NCBI GenBank assembly: GCA_949372655.1
Contig: CASIAI010000002.1
Location: 295,184 to 359,183 of the forward strand
DNA from: Candidatus Poseidoniaceae archaeon
GTDB lineage: Archaea; Thermoplasmatota; Poseidoniia; Poseidoniales; Poseidoniaceae
DNA: 64,000 nucleotides
Direction of reading: 5' to 3'
In this document: positions 37,596 to 47,526 of the stretch, piece after piece
How the letters are laid out: every line of letters starts with the position of its first letter
How positions within the stretch are numbered: the first letter of the stretch is position 1
Position numbers and translations under genes: made by a program
Notes under the pieces: model-generated
Databases searched by the model: none
Seen by the model: the letters and a program-made list of their open reading frames with translations, nothing else
Told to the model about the DNA's origin: nothing

Positions 37596-40500
37596 TTATT
37601 CTAACTGTTCTGCATAATATTCAGCAAGTTGGTCTATCGTCCATCCTTGGTCTAGATATGACTGAATAGTTTCTTCATCCCATCCTGGGCATTTAGCTAG
37701 GTCTTCAGATGAAAGGTTTGACCCAGAACTCACTTCTTCGCTTTCTGAACCACTGCCATCAAGAACTGGCATATCCCATTGAGTCTCAGGTGCTAAGCCC
37801 GAACTCTCAGCAAGCATTCTTTCCTGTTCCTCAATTGAAACCAAGTCTTTTTCAGATTCAGCCTTTGATTCTAATTGCTTGAGAATTCCAAATGCTCCAG
37901 CGGCAAGTATTCCTGCAGCAAGCATTATCCAGAGCATAGTCTTGGTTCCAGAGTCATCATTTTCTCCCTTACTTGCATCAGCTAAATCCATACGTTGCTT
38001 ATTGGAACAACCTTCTGCATCGGTAGGTGTGCCTTCTGGAGTTTCAGAACAAATATCAACTTCGTTTAGAATCCCATCTCCATCTTCATCGCCAACAGGG
38101 TCTAATGTTTGATTATCAGTTGAGTTTCCTGGTATTTCGATCCCTCCCAAATCACACCCTAGAGCAGTAGATTCATTGACACCATCTCCATCAGCATCTG
38201 CCAAATTCAATGCATCATAAGGAGATACAGTAACTATACTCGGGTCAAGCGCTGTACTTTGTGCCCAAGCGATTTCAACATCATCTCTAATACAATCTCC
38301 ATCGGTATCTGCTAATAGTGGATGGCCACCTTGGTTATATTCAATTAGATTAGATAATCCATCACCGTCAGCGTCATACATGTCTTCAGTGATTCCTGAG
38401 TCTAGTACTCTCTTGGTACGGTTTAATCCATTAGGTAATTCCCACTTGTCAATCAGTCCATCTTGATCGGTATCAGTCACATTATCAACTCGATTCCAAT
38501 CAACATTCCATGCATCTTTGTAGATTTGAGCGATAGTTTCAGAATGGATAATAACACCCATCTCACGATTTCTATTCATTGCCGAACTTCCCAAATTTAT
38601 CGAGGAAACTAAAACACTCTTTTCATCAACAATGATTCCTTTGTTGTGAAGTTTTGAAACATCATCATCTTCACTCATCACAACTGCTGATGCATCTAAG
38701 CCTTCAGTTCCATTCCATACTTCATTCAGTAAGTCAACTATGCCTTGGTCATCATCATCTAAGTATGCACCATTGATTATGACTCGTACTGCTACACCGC
38801 GCTTGGCTGCCTGATACATCGATTGAATGACTGGACTTTCTTGACCCCAACCCCAATACCAATCGACATCTAGGGTTTGCTGTGAAAGCACTACTTCATA
38901 GTAAGCACTATCAATCAAATTAGTAATTCCAGTAATACAATTATTAGGGCAGGTTAGAACTTCTCCGCTTGCATCCACAGAGTATGAAGTTGCTAATCCA
39001 CCACTGCTTATCGATTGAATACCGGGCATTGTCCAATCAGATGGCTCATCAGAGGATTTGTATTCCGTAATGTGGTCTAGTTGAGAATTAGTGTCAAAGT
39101 CCATTTGCTGCATCACAACTTCAGCTAGTTGCTGATTATCAATTATGACACTCCACTCAACATTGCCTCTAACTCCAGGTGCAGGTTGTGATGATGATTT
39201 CCAGTTTCCTGAAGACATCCAAGTACTATTTCCGTCTCTAACTGCAACTTTACTGTGAATGTATAGGTATGGTTGGTCACTTTCGCCGCCAAACCAGTAT
39301 ACTTCAGCCCCAGCATTGTCAAGTTCACTAGCAAATCCATATTGTAACTGCATATCATTATATGACCAAATATTTGTACATGCACAGCCTTCATCGAGTA
39401 GAACTTTTACTTCTATACCATTAGAAGCGGCATTGATCAAGGCTTGAACCAATCTTGGTTCTTGCATTTGATAGATATGTACTTCAAGTGAAGTTGTAGC
39501 CCCATCAATCCAATTTAGTAAGTCCAACAAGCCGTCTTGTGGTCCTATTAGTGGAGTGATTGTACTCATTCCACTAAATTGTGTCTCGGAGCAAAAGTTA
39601 CTTGCACCCAAAACACTCCATCGGTAATTCCAATCTATCGCAGTATCTGTATCTGGTAGATAATCACAACCATCTCCCCTGACATATACTATCATGTTGA
39701 TGCCATTACGTGGTGGGCTTACAGATTGTCCAGACCATCCTTCTGCTTGAGCAGGGCCGTTATCATAGACAACGGAGTCAGATATCATACCGCTTGCATC
39801 TTTGATATGTATCGCAGCACCAGAGTCAGGGATGAGGATATTTTCTCCTAATACTTCAACAAATGATAGATATTCGATATTATCTAATGCGATAGGTGAT
39901 GATTCGCTCACCCATATTCCAATTGCATCATTGGCCAAAACAACAGATGATTCTGTAGGGATTGTTAACTGATCTATGGTATAGGTGTTGGTCGTTCCAC
40001 CTGCACTAACATCGAAAGTCCATCCAGTCAAATATGCTACTGAATCTCCAATGTTACGAATTTCCATAAATTCTGAGTTGCTGACATCATCATTGCTACC
40101 TTGTGTCATTAGTCTAGTGAATATGATGTCACCTGCATTAGCAAGATTGCTTGAATCAGGATTGGCTAGTGCCGGAGTACTCCAAGGTGAATCCGCCCAA
40201 CCTTGTGAAGAGATGATCTTAGACTGGCATAGAGAATTAGTTCCGATGGAAAAGTGGTCAATCATATCACCATCAGGGTTGTATAGCGATATATTGTGGT
40301 CATCCATGAGTAATGATTTATCAAATTTAACAATTGCATATTCGCCGCTAGCCAAAGTTGTAGATTGATTATTAGGGGCCGTTAAGTCAGTACCTATGTC
40401 ACCAATTGTTGCCATTGTAGTGATAAATTCCCGATGACCAAGTGATGAGTCTACTCTCCAACGACTTAGATTGATCGGAGCGGAGTCATTGTTATAGAAT

Positions 40501-42551
40501 TCGATCCAATCAAATTCAGAATTTGAAGAACAAGATGCCATAAATTCAGTGATTAGTAGATTATCTGAGTCGGAGTATTGTGGCCAAATTGGATTAACTT
40601 CGTTTGGCGTCTGCCAGGCTGAAGGAACCCACCCTGAAAGGCCACTTGCTGTCTGGGAGGCGTAGCCTGAATGACTGGTAAGAGGAGGAACTAATGATTG
40701 ATTTTGATTGGTTTCATTCCATCCTGCAAGGTCGACGATTGAACCCATTGAATCAACGATAGTAATGATATCATTACTTTGTTTGAGATAGAACGAACTC
40801 GTTCCATTTAATGCAATTAAGGCTACTTCACCCGGTTGGATCAAAGTATCAGATTGTAAAGGTAGATTGAATGCATCAATAACGAAGTTTCGATTGTTGG
40901 CTTTTAATTTCCAACCATCAACATCAGCTACAGAAGAATCATTATTGTATATCTCAATCCATTCTCCAAGTGGCCAACTTTGGGTATCTGCGCCTGTACT
41001 ATCAGCCATTATTTCTGTGAATGTTATATCGCTAGTAGAAACTGGTCCAGAGCCTGGTTCAGGTTGCCCAGGGGTAATCCAAGATGATGGCATCCAAGCA
41101 TTTGCTGGATTTATATTTCGAATTAGAGATGTATTTACTCCATAATCATTAGAATACCATGCTACATCGTTTATCGAGCCGCTTGTATCCATTAGGATTA
41201 GATGATTATAGTAATCCCACAATCTAGTTTCGCCAGTAAATTGTACTAATCTTCTTCCATCTGGAGCAATATCAGTAGAACCTTGTGTATTGTTAAAAAC
41301 CAAAGAAACAGGGTCAAGTGTTGTTACATTGCCCATCCCATCAGTAATAGTCCATCCAAGGAGGTCGACTGTACTTGTTCCTGAGTTGTGAATTTCAATC
41401 CACTCTCCATCCGGGAATGTTGTTCCATTAGAATAAGAGTGCGGCATTACTTCAGTAAAGCGAACATCGGCAGGTGAAGGTGATAGTTCATCGATAGGGA
41501 GAGGATTGGTTTGGTTTAAACTTGGATAGGAAGAATAAAACATACTTTCAGTAGTTGAATCATAGGAAAGTGAGTAACCATTGACAGTATCAGTCCAGTC
41601 GACAATATGAGTAATACTACCATTTGGTAGTTTTAGAGATAATTGCTCGACACCGTTATTGAGTAATCCGGAATTAGAAGAACCATTTACTGTAATGATT
41701 CTTGTATGGCCGCCTGCTATGTAGAAGGATTCAGTAATTAAACTATCAGAGCCAATCAAATGAGTAACATCTATCATGATTTGATTTCCTGCATTATCTT
41801 CAACATGCCAACCAGTCAAGTCAATTACTTCGCTACCAGTATTTAGAATCTCAATCCATTCTCCACCAGGCCAAACATCACTATCCTCAGAAGGCCAAGG
41901 ATTTGACATGACTTCATTAATTTTGATATCTGTTGAATAAATTGTTGGTCCACCACTTGGTGCACCTCCATTATCGCCTCCAGGAGTTGTATTATTTGTC
42001 TCAACCCAGTACGCAGTAGGGTCGTTAGGGTCTTCTTGCAAACTGGTGCCTGAAGGTGCGCTACTTGAGAATGTCCATGAGGCAACATCTATCTGACTTC
42101 CCAATGAATCAAATAGAGTAATTATATCGTTAGAGTTGGAAAGGTAAAACATAGCATTAGACATTGCATTTCTAGAGATAACCATGTAATCTCCCGGCGA
42201 AATTGTCCACGAAGCTGAATTTGCAGAATCATAATCAACTATGGTAGTCGAATTGAAAATCATCTGCTTTTGAACCTTATTTTCAATGTACCAGCCGCTA
42301 ATATCTACGCTCATAGTACCATTGTTATGAATTTCCACCCACTCGCCAGCAGGCCATGCAGCATTGTCATTTCCATTTGGGTTTGGTAGTACTTCATTGA
42401 GGCAAACATCTCCTAGGCAAGCAATAGAACTAGATTGTAAAATCACCTCTTGAGATTCAAGAGTACTAGATTCGTTTGACTCGAATAAAGGTACCAATGA
42501 CGAAATAAGCATTAGGGAAACAAGCGCGAAAGGTAATTTTCGTGTGTGCAT
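37596..42551 (-). CDS. giant anchored exoprotein: six lamin-tail domains + two-HKD phospholipase-D/nuclease-type domain + TSP3 repeats + TM + cytoplasmic tail
   Basis: 1651 aa. Signal peptide. Six LTD signatures (e.g. NEVLPNP..GEWVEIHNNG..DISGWYI, GEWIEILNTG..DLTGWHV, GEWIEIHNSG..LLGWTI, GEWIEIYNND..VDGWKL, FDWIEFYNND..LSRWRV, SEFMEIRNIG..LTGWTF). HKD motifs YIHSKVAVRDG..SSGNW (about 39230-39270) and LHNKGIIVDEK..SSINL (about 38630-38660). TM MLWIMLAAGILAAGAFGIL. Confidence 0.8.
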   Translation of the reverse strand: MHTRKLPFALVSLMLISSLVPLFESNESSTLESQEVILQSSSIACLGDVCLNEVLPNPNGNDNAAWPAGEWVEIHNNGTMSVDISGWYIENKVQKQMIFNSTTIVDYDSANSASWTISPGDYMVISRNAMSNAMFYLSNSNDIITLFDSLGSQIDVASWTFSSSAPSGTSLQEDPNDPTAYWVETNNTTPGGDNGGAPSGGPTIYSTDIKINEVMSNPWPSEDSDVWPGGEWIEILNTGSEVIDLTGWHVEDNAGNQIMIDVTHLIGSDSLITESFYIAGGHTRIITVNGSSNSGLLNNGVEQLSLKLPNGSITHIVDWTDTVNGYSLSYDSTTESMFYSSYPSLNQTNPLPIDELSPSPADVRFTEVMPHSYSNGTTFPDGEWIEIHNSGTSTVDLLGWTITDGMGNVTTLDPVSLVFNNTQGSTDIAPDGRRLVQFTGETRLWDYYNHLILMDTSGSINDVAWYSNDYGVNTSLIRNINPANAWMPSSWITPGQPEPGSGPVSTSDITFTEIMADSTGADTQSWPLGEWIEIYNNDSSVADVDGWKLKANNRNFVIDAFNLPLQSDTLIQPGEVALIALNGTSSFYLKQSNDIITIVDSMGSIVDLAGWNETNQNQSLVPPLTSHSGYASQTASGLSGWVPSAWQTPNEVNPIWPQYSDSDNLLITEFMASCSSNSEFDWIEFYNNDSAPINLSRWRVDSSLGHREFITTMATIGDIGTDLTAPNNQSTTLASGEYAIVKFDKSLLMDDHNISLYNPDGDMIDHFSIGTNSLCQSKIISSQGWADSPWSTPALANPDSSNLANAGDIIFTRLMTQGSNDDVSNSEFMEIRNIGDSVAYLTGWTFDVSAGGTTNTYTIDQLTIPTESSVVLANDAIGIWVSESSPIALDNIEYLSFVEVLGENILIPDSGAAIHIKDASGMISDSVVYDNGPAQAEGWSGQSVSPPRNGINMIVYVRGDGCDYLPDTDTAIDWNYRWSVLGASNFCSETQFSGMSTITPLIGPQDGLLDLLNWIDGATTSLEVHIYQMQEPRLVQALINAASNGIEVKVLLDEGCACTNIWSYNDMQLQYGFASELDNAGAEVYWFGGESDQPYLYIHSKVAVRDGNSTWMSSGNWKSSSQPAPGVRGNVEWSVIIDNQQLAEVVMQQMDFDTNSQLDHITEYKSSDEPSDWTMPGIQSISSGGLATSYSVDASGEVLTCPNNCITGITNLIDSAYYEVVLSQQTLDVDWYWGWGQESPVIQSMYQAAKRGVAVRVIINGAYLDDDDQGIVDLLNEVWNGTEGLDASAVVMSEDDDVSKLHNKGIIVDEKSVLVSSINLGSSAMNRNREMGVIIHSETIAQIYKDAWNVDWNRVDNVTDTDQDGLIDKWELPNGLNRTKRVLDSGITEDMYDADGDGLSNLIEYNQGGHPLLADTDGDCIRDDVEIAWAQSTALDPSIVTVSPYDALNLADADGDGVNESTALGCDLGGIEIPGNSTDNQTLDPVGDEDGDGILNEVDICSETPEGTPTDAEGCSNKQRMDLADASKGENDDSGTKTMLWIMLAAGILAAGAFGILKQLESKAESEKDLVSIEEQERMLAESSGLAPETQWDMPVLDGSGSESEEVSSGSNLSSEDLAKCPGWDEETIQSYLDQGWTIDQLAEYYAEQLE

Positions 42552-42621
42552 AAGAAGACCTCTTCAAATAGGCGGGGATAGTCAAAGGGCATATCTCTTT
42601 TGCATACCGGGTAATATTAAT

Positions 42622-44124
42622 TCATAGGAATCCAAATGCGTCTTGGACTTGATTAAATGTGTAAATCATGATTGGAACGATGATGATTCCCATTCCATGG
42701 CTTCTTCTAATTCCAATTCTAGGAGGGAGTAACCCTAGTATTGTACCAATGATTAGTACCCCAATTCCGACAAAGCCTGTAGTGAACCAAACAAGGGCGG
42801 CAACGAAAATTATTACTCCCATGACCATTTGCTGAAGAGGTATTGCAGCGTGCAATCGAAGCATACCTTTACCAACAACTCTGATGATAGGCATTGCCAT
42901 CATACCAGCAGCAACTGTGATGGCCATCAATCGAATGAAATCAGCAGTTGGCTGAGCCGATGACCAAGTATCGATAGGATACATCAGTTTCAAAGCAAGA
43001 GTTGCACCTGAACGTGAACGTCCGATAATATACAAGAATCCCAGGACCATGACAGTAACAGCGGTATTTACTGCAGATAATATCGCAATAACTTCGAGAT
43101 CTTGTTTTGTTTGAGGACCTTCAACATCACCTTCAGCCTCAGCCATTGCAATTTCCAATAACTCATCATCTGTTAGTTCAGTTAACTTTCTAGTTTCCCA
43201 GTCCATTCCATATCCTTCTTTACCTTGGATTTTAGCGGCAACATTTCTTCCACCCATTACCAGTACTGTGGCTTGTGATGCGGTCATACCTGGCAGTACC
43301 CCCATAGATGCACCAGCAACGCCCGACCAGAAACACGGAACGATAAGTGGCTTTATTGGAGGTAATGACCAATCTTCTTTTTGTGGAGGAATATGAGATG
43401 TAGTGGCATAGATATCTAGTAGATTTGCAATACCGAAAAGACCTGCGAGACTGGGCAAAAGTAAACTTGCGTCGGGGATTCCAATAGGCGACCTAGCAGG
43501 TAGAGTGAATACCGCCCATCCGTAGAATCCGGATAATAGGAAAAATGCGGTTGCAGTCAAAAAACCAGCGAATCTAGAATCTCTTCCAAGAATACCTCTA
43601 GTAAAACTACGTACCCATTTTGGCCAATCTAGTCTTGTAGTCTCAGTAGCTAGTAGGAGTAAAGATATGGAGAGTAGTAAGAAGAAAACAATATTTCGTA
43701 GATAATCATACCACCCAAGTTCATCACCAAATGCAATTCTAGCAACTAAAATCAATGGTAGAGACAAGAATAGTCCAAGTTGTGAACCTCTTGCCGACCA
43801 GGCTACACCTCTAGCAGCATTTCCGGAAAGTAACATTCTATGTCCAGGCAGTAATGATAGTGCTTGATCTGCATCTGGTGCCCCAAGCAGGGCTGAAGGG
43901 ATATAATTCAAGAAAGTATGAACCGTTCCGGTTGAAACAATAATCGCTGCTACTGCAGAAAGAGGAATACCCCATCCCAACATTACAGGTGATAAAGCAA
44001 GAAGAATAAGTGCTACATTGTTGACGTGGAAACCAGGAATTAAACCGGTTAATGACCCCATTGCAACTCCAAAAAATAGAGCGAATAGTAACCATCCGAG
44101 GTCGACAAAGTAAGCTTCTAACAT
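42622..44124 (-). CDS. TctA/DUF112-family polytopic membrane transporter
   Basis: 500 aa, more than 10 TM helices. The N-terminal pattern G-x-L-T-G-L-I-P-G-F...IPSALLGAPD...LPGHRM resembles the tripartite tricarboxylate transporter large subunit family (archaeal COG1784). Confidence 0.6.
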   Translation of the reverse strand: MLEAYFVDLGWLLFALFFGVAMGSLTGLIPGFHVNNVALILLALSPVMLGWGIPLSAVAAIIVSTGTVHTFLNYIPSALLGAPDADQALSLLPGHRMLLSGNAARGVAWSARGSQLGLFLSLPLILVARIAFGDELGWYDYLRNIVFFLLLSISLLLLATETTRLDWPKWVRSFTRGILGRDSRFAGFLTATAFFLLSGFYGWAVFTLPARSPIGIPDASLLLPSLAGLFGIANLLDIYATTSHIPPQKEDWSLPPIKPLIVPCFWSGVAGASMGVLPGMTASQATVLVMGGRNVAAKIQGKEGYGMDWETRKLTELTDDELLEIAMAEAEGDVEGPQTKQDLEVIAILSAVNTAVTVMVLGFLYIIGRSRSGATLALKLMYPIDTWSSAQPTADFIRLMAITVAAGMMAMPIIRVVGKGMLRLHAAIPLQQMVMGVIIFVAALVWFTTGFVGIGVLIIGTILGLLPPRIGIRRSHGMGIIIVPIMIYTFNQVQDAFGFL

Positions 44125-44133
44125 ATTTTCACC

Positions 44134-45912
44134 TCAGTTTGCGCTATTCGGGTCAGTATCTTCTTCTATCTCGAATCTATCATTAGAGCCATCACCATCG
44201 GTATCCGGATTATATGGATTGGTACCGTAAATTGATTCCAAATCATCGGACAATCCATCGCCATCACTGTCCATTACATCAGCAGTAATTAGTTGGAAAA
44301 CGAGAGATATCGAATCAACATCCTCTATCTGCATCATTCTTCCAGTCCAAGTCATGGAAGTTCCATTATGTAGTGAATCTGTTCCAATACTACTTATTGC
44401 AGCAGTAGACAACTGAATACTTTGGTTTGTTCCTTCCCTTTGAAGCCACCAATCACCACTATCGTCTTCAACTGCTAAACCATCTAAGTTTACCATTTGA
44501 TTTCTAGAATACCCCCATTGTGTAGCGCCGTCATCCCAAAGAAGATTTTTGGCTGAAGGCACACTTCCTACGACATAATCGTGTACTTGTAACCTTATTC
44601 TCATGTCTTCATCGTCCCATGTAACTGAAACATTGGCGGAAATCTGTTGACCTGCTTCAAGCCATTGAGTTGAAGTTTGTGCTGGGAATGTGGCTGCAAT
44701 TGTAGTTTGTCCAGGCATGTAGCCGGATGAGTCGACAAAGTATCCATTGACATCTTCTACAGATGGTTCAATAGGGTACTTGATAAAAGCCGAAAGAGTA
44801 TACCTTTCAGTAGGATTCTCGATTAATTCTACAGGATTACCAGATAATAGCGCTAGGAGACTGACAGTTGTTTCGCTACTATCAAGACTACCAGATGGAG
44901 TGCCTTGATTAGCATCTACGCACCAAGTTGAATCAGATTCAGACCACATTAATCGACCTTGGATGTCATGAAATGTATTATCCCAAGATGCATTGGTTGA
45001 AGAAATGATATCTTCTTGACTGGGGTTTAGGCAAATTGTAGTACCGCTAGGTCCTCTAAGTGACCATTCCTCGCCACTGATTTGTACATATCCTGCGATG
45101 TTGACAAGATTTCCAGATTGGTAACTCCATGTAGATTCAGCACCCCAGTCCAAGCGAGTAATATCAACAGGATGATTTCTATCAACTAAAATTTCAGGGC
45201 CTTGAACAGACATAATCCAATTTAGTTCTCTTTGATTATAAGCCACTGTTCCAGTTACTTGTATCTTGGATGATGACTCAATCCATTCTCCAACATTAGA
45301 TCTTATATTGAGTTTAATTTGGTGTTCTGAGTTCCCATAAGAAGGGTGATCTCTAAGGTCTGCATTGACAAACATTTCATCAGGAGGGATAGATTCTCCA
45401 ATATATCCTGTTAACGTTATTACTTCATCAACGTATTTTTCAGGGTCCATGGCAACATCAACTATTGCAAGTTCAACAACATCAGGAAGGTCATCTTGAC
45501 TCCATTCCATTGCACCAGAGCCAGTCGCACGCATGAATATATTTCCCTGAAATTCAGCAACTTCACCGGTAATTATCACAGTTGTCCCAATGGGGGGAAT
45601 TTCAGCAGGACGGCTCCACCTAACTTCTACGACTGCAGTTTCGTCAGTTATGATTACGTGTGTTTCCCAATCGCCAGAATTCCAAGGGTCTTCTCTCCAA
45701 GAGATTATTTTCCCTTCAACCTTAACAACCTCATTGTTGAATTCAACTAATTCATCCATCGGTATAATCTCCGGTTCACGAACTAGGGCATAATAATTCA
45801 TGGCTGCAACAAGTAGAACAGCCAATGCGAACATCACCCATAATTTCTGTCCACGCGTTTCAGGATTGTCATCCGTAATCTTGTCCATCATACTCTTCAG
45901 GATGTCCGCCAT
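44134..45912 (-). CDS. N-terminally anchored extracytoplasmic protein with repeated beta-barrel-like modules and terminal TSP3 repeats
   Basis: 592 aa. Single TM LWVMFALAVLLVAAMNYYAL. Reiterated V-x-(V/L)-x-G-x-(I/V) barrel-like segments. C-terminal DSDGDGLSDD...DTDGDGSNDR. 9-nt gap to the downstream TctA-like gene. Confidence 0.55.
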   Translation of the reverse strand: MADILKSMMDKITDDNPETRGQKLWVMFALAVLLVAAMNYYALVREPEIIPMDELVEFNNEVVKVEGKIISWREDPWNSGDWETHVIITDETAVVEVRWSRPAEIPPIGTTVIITGEVAEFQGNIFMRATGSGAMEWSQDDLPDVVELAIVDVAMDPEKYVDEVITLTGYIGESIPPDEMFVNADLRDHPSYGNSEHQIKLNIRSNVGEWIESSSKIQVTGTVAYNQRELNWIMSVQGPEILVDRNHPVDITRLDWGAESTWSYQSGNLVNIAGYVQISGEEWSLRGPSGTTICLNPSQEDIISSTNASWDNTFHDIQGRLMWSESDSTWCVDANQGTPSGSLDSSETTVSLLALLSGNPVELIENPTERYTLSAFIKYPIEPSVEDVNGYFVDSSGYMPGQTTIAATFPAQTSTQWLEAGQQISANVSVTWDDEDMRIRLQVHDYVVGSVPSAKNLLWDDGATQWGYSRNQMVNLDGLAVEDDSGDWWLQREGTNQSIQLSTAAISSIGTDSLHNGTSMTWTGRMMQIEDVDSISLVFQLITADVMDSDGDGLSDDLESIYGTNPYNPDTDGDGSNDRFEIEEDTDPNSAN

Positions 45913-46011
45913 AATTACCTCGAAGCGAACTCAACGCATATCTGTTTTGGCATGAGGAGGTAAAATAAATTCTTGAATCTACGCGTGTTTTTTAACTGAA
46001 GAACTGAAGCG

Positions 46012-47322
46012 GTGTATGGGATGGACATGCGTGACAGAGTCATTCGAGATGAAATCCATCGGGATATTCTAGTGCCTAGTAGTCACGCTAGTATAATTGA
46101 TACAAAAGAATTCCAACGGCTTCGTTCGATTCAACAATTGTCTACCTGTGAGTATGTTTTTCCAGCAGCCACTCACAATAGATTCTCTCATTCTCTAGGT
46201 GCGTATTATCTTGCCAAACAATTGACGATTTCCTTGGAAGAAGTTCAGCCTGATACAATTTCAAAAGATGATGCTGAGTTGGTTCATCTTGCTGCTTTAC
46301 TACATGACATAGGTCATCCACCATACTCTCATCTTCTCGAAACTCCCGAAGTCTTTGCAACATTTCACTCTCACGAACATTGGGGTCGACTATTGCTTGA
46401 ATCCAATGAGACCGAAATAGGTAAAGCATTACGAGCGGTGATTGGAGAAAAAAGGCTGAAACGACTTTTTGCTCTCATGGATGGACAAAATGAATGTGAT
46501 GGAGTCTCAATTCCTCCTTTCATGAAAGAGATAGTATCATCTCAGTTAGATGTCGACAGAATGGACTATCTTGTACGAGACCAAGCCAATACAGGCGCCC
46601 AAATAGGTGGATTTGATATCCCTAGAGTTTTCAGGGCATTAAGAGTAGGGGGAAATGGCCACTTTTATGTTAAAAACTGGGGGCTTCCTGCTATTGAAGC
46701 ATACCTAGTTACTCGATATCACATGTATAACCAAGTATACTTCCACAAAGTCAACATGTTGACACAAAATTATCTTGTCAAAATGTTGGCAAGAGCAAGA
46801 AAACTAGCTCTAAGCGGTGATTTAGAAATTACAGGAAGGCTTAGGCATATGCTTCTCAACGATAAACTAACGCCGGTCGAGTATGCTGAAATTAATGACT
46901 CTCACGTCAAAGTTGCTTTACCAGATTGGGCTAAGCATGATGATGAGATAGTTTCGCTATATGCAGAAAAATTACTTTCAAGAAAAGATTTCCATAAATC
47001 GATTAGAATTGATACTCTTACTACTGAAATGGTTGGAATCATCAAAGATAGGCTAGAAGAAATGGTTTCCTCTAAGGGATATGACCCTGAAATACATGTT
47101 CTTTATGCTAAAATCTCTAAAAGAGGTTACATGCCATATGAGCAAGGGATAATTTTGGAGGACGGCCGAGATGCTGCTGATCATTCTTCGATGATACGTT
47201 CTTTATCACAACCTACAGAAAGAGCATTAATTTTTGTTCCAGAAGCCATTAGAGATGAACTTGAAGCAACGGTCAGAGATTGGATAAAACCGGGTCAATC
47301 ATCACTTTCACAGTTCGATTGA
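46012..47322 (+). CDS. HD-domain phosphohydrolase (SAMHD1/dGTPase-like, COG1078)
   Basis: 436 aa. RFSHSLGAYYL, LLHDIGHPPYSH, DVDRMDYLVRD. The ORF opens with GTG at 46012; ATG codons lie at 46021 and 46027. Confidence 0.85.
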   Translation: MYGMDMRDRVIRDEIHRDILVPSSHASIIDTKEFQRLRSIQQLSTCEYVFPAATHNRFSHSLGAYYLAKQLTISLEEVQPDTISKDDAELVHLAALLHDIGHPPYSHLLETPEVFATFHSHEHWGRLLLESNETEIGKALRAVIGEKRLKRLFALMDGQNECDGVSIPPFMKEIVSSQLDVDRMDYLVRDQANTGAQIGGFDIPRVFRALRVGGNGHFYVKNWGLPAIEAYLVTRYHMYNQVYFHKVNMLTQNYLVKMLARARKLALSGDLEITGRLRHMLLNDKLTPVEYAEINDSHVKVALPDWAKHDDEIVSLYAEKLLSRKDFHKSIRIDTLTTEMVGIIKDRLEEMVSSKGYDPEIHVLYAKISKRGYMPYEQGIILEDGRDAADHSSMIRSLSQPTERALIFVPEAIRDELEATVRDWIKPGQSSLSQFD

Positions 47323-47365
47323 CGATGATAAGGTTCAACAGTAAGTGCTTCTACGCTCAACATAC

Positions 47366-47439
47366 GGGCCTGTAGCTTAGTTGGTTGGAGCACCCGGCTC
47401 ATAACCGGGGGGTCAGGGGTTCAAGTCCCTTCGGGCCCA
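47366..47439 (+). tRNA. tRNA with CAT anticodon (elongator Met or Ile2), no encoded CCA
   Basis: GGGCCTG-TA-GCTT...AGC-A-CCCGG-CTCATAA-CCGGG-GGGTC-AGGGG-TTCAAGT-CCCTT-CGGGCCC-A. Followed immediately by a run of seven T. The G1:C72 pair argues against an archaeal initiator tRNA. Confidence 0.88.
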
Positions 47440-47526
47440 CTTTTTTTATTTGCCACCGTCTTGAAATATGGCATTCAAGCGGTTTTATCTATCCATCTCT
47501 CCACAATGGTTATGAGTGGCGCTTGA

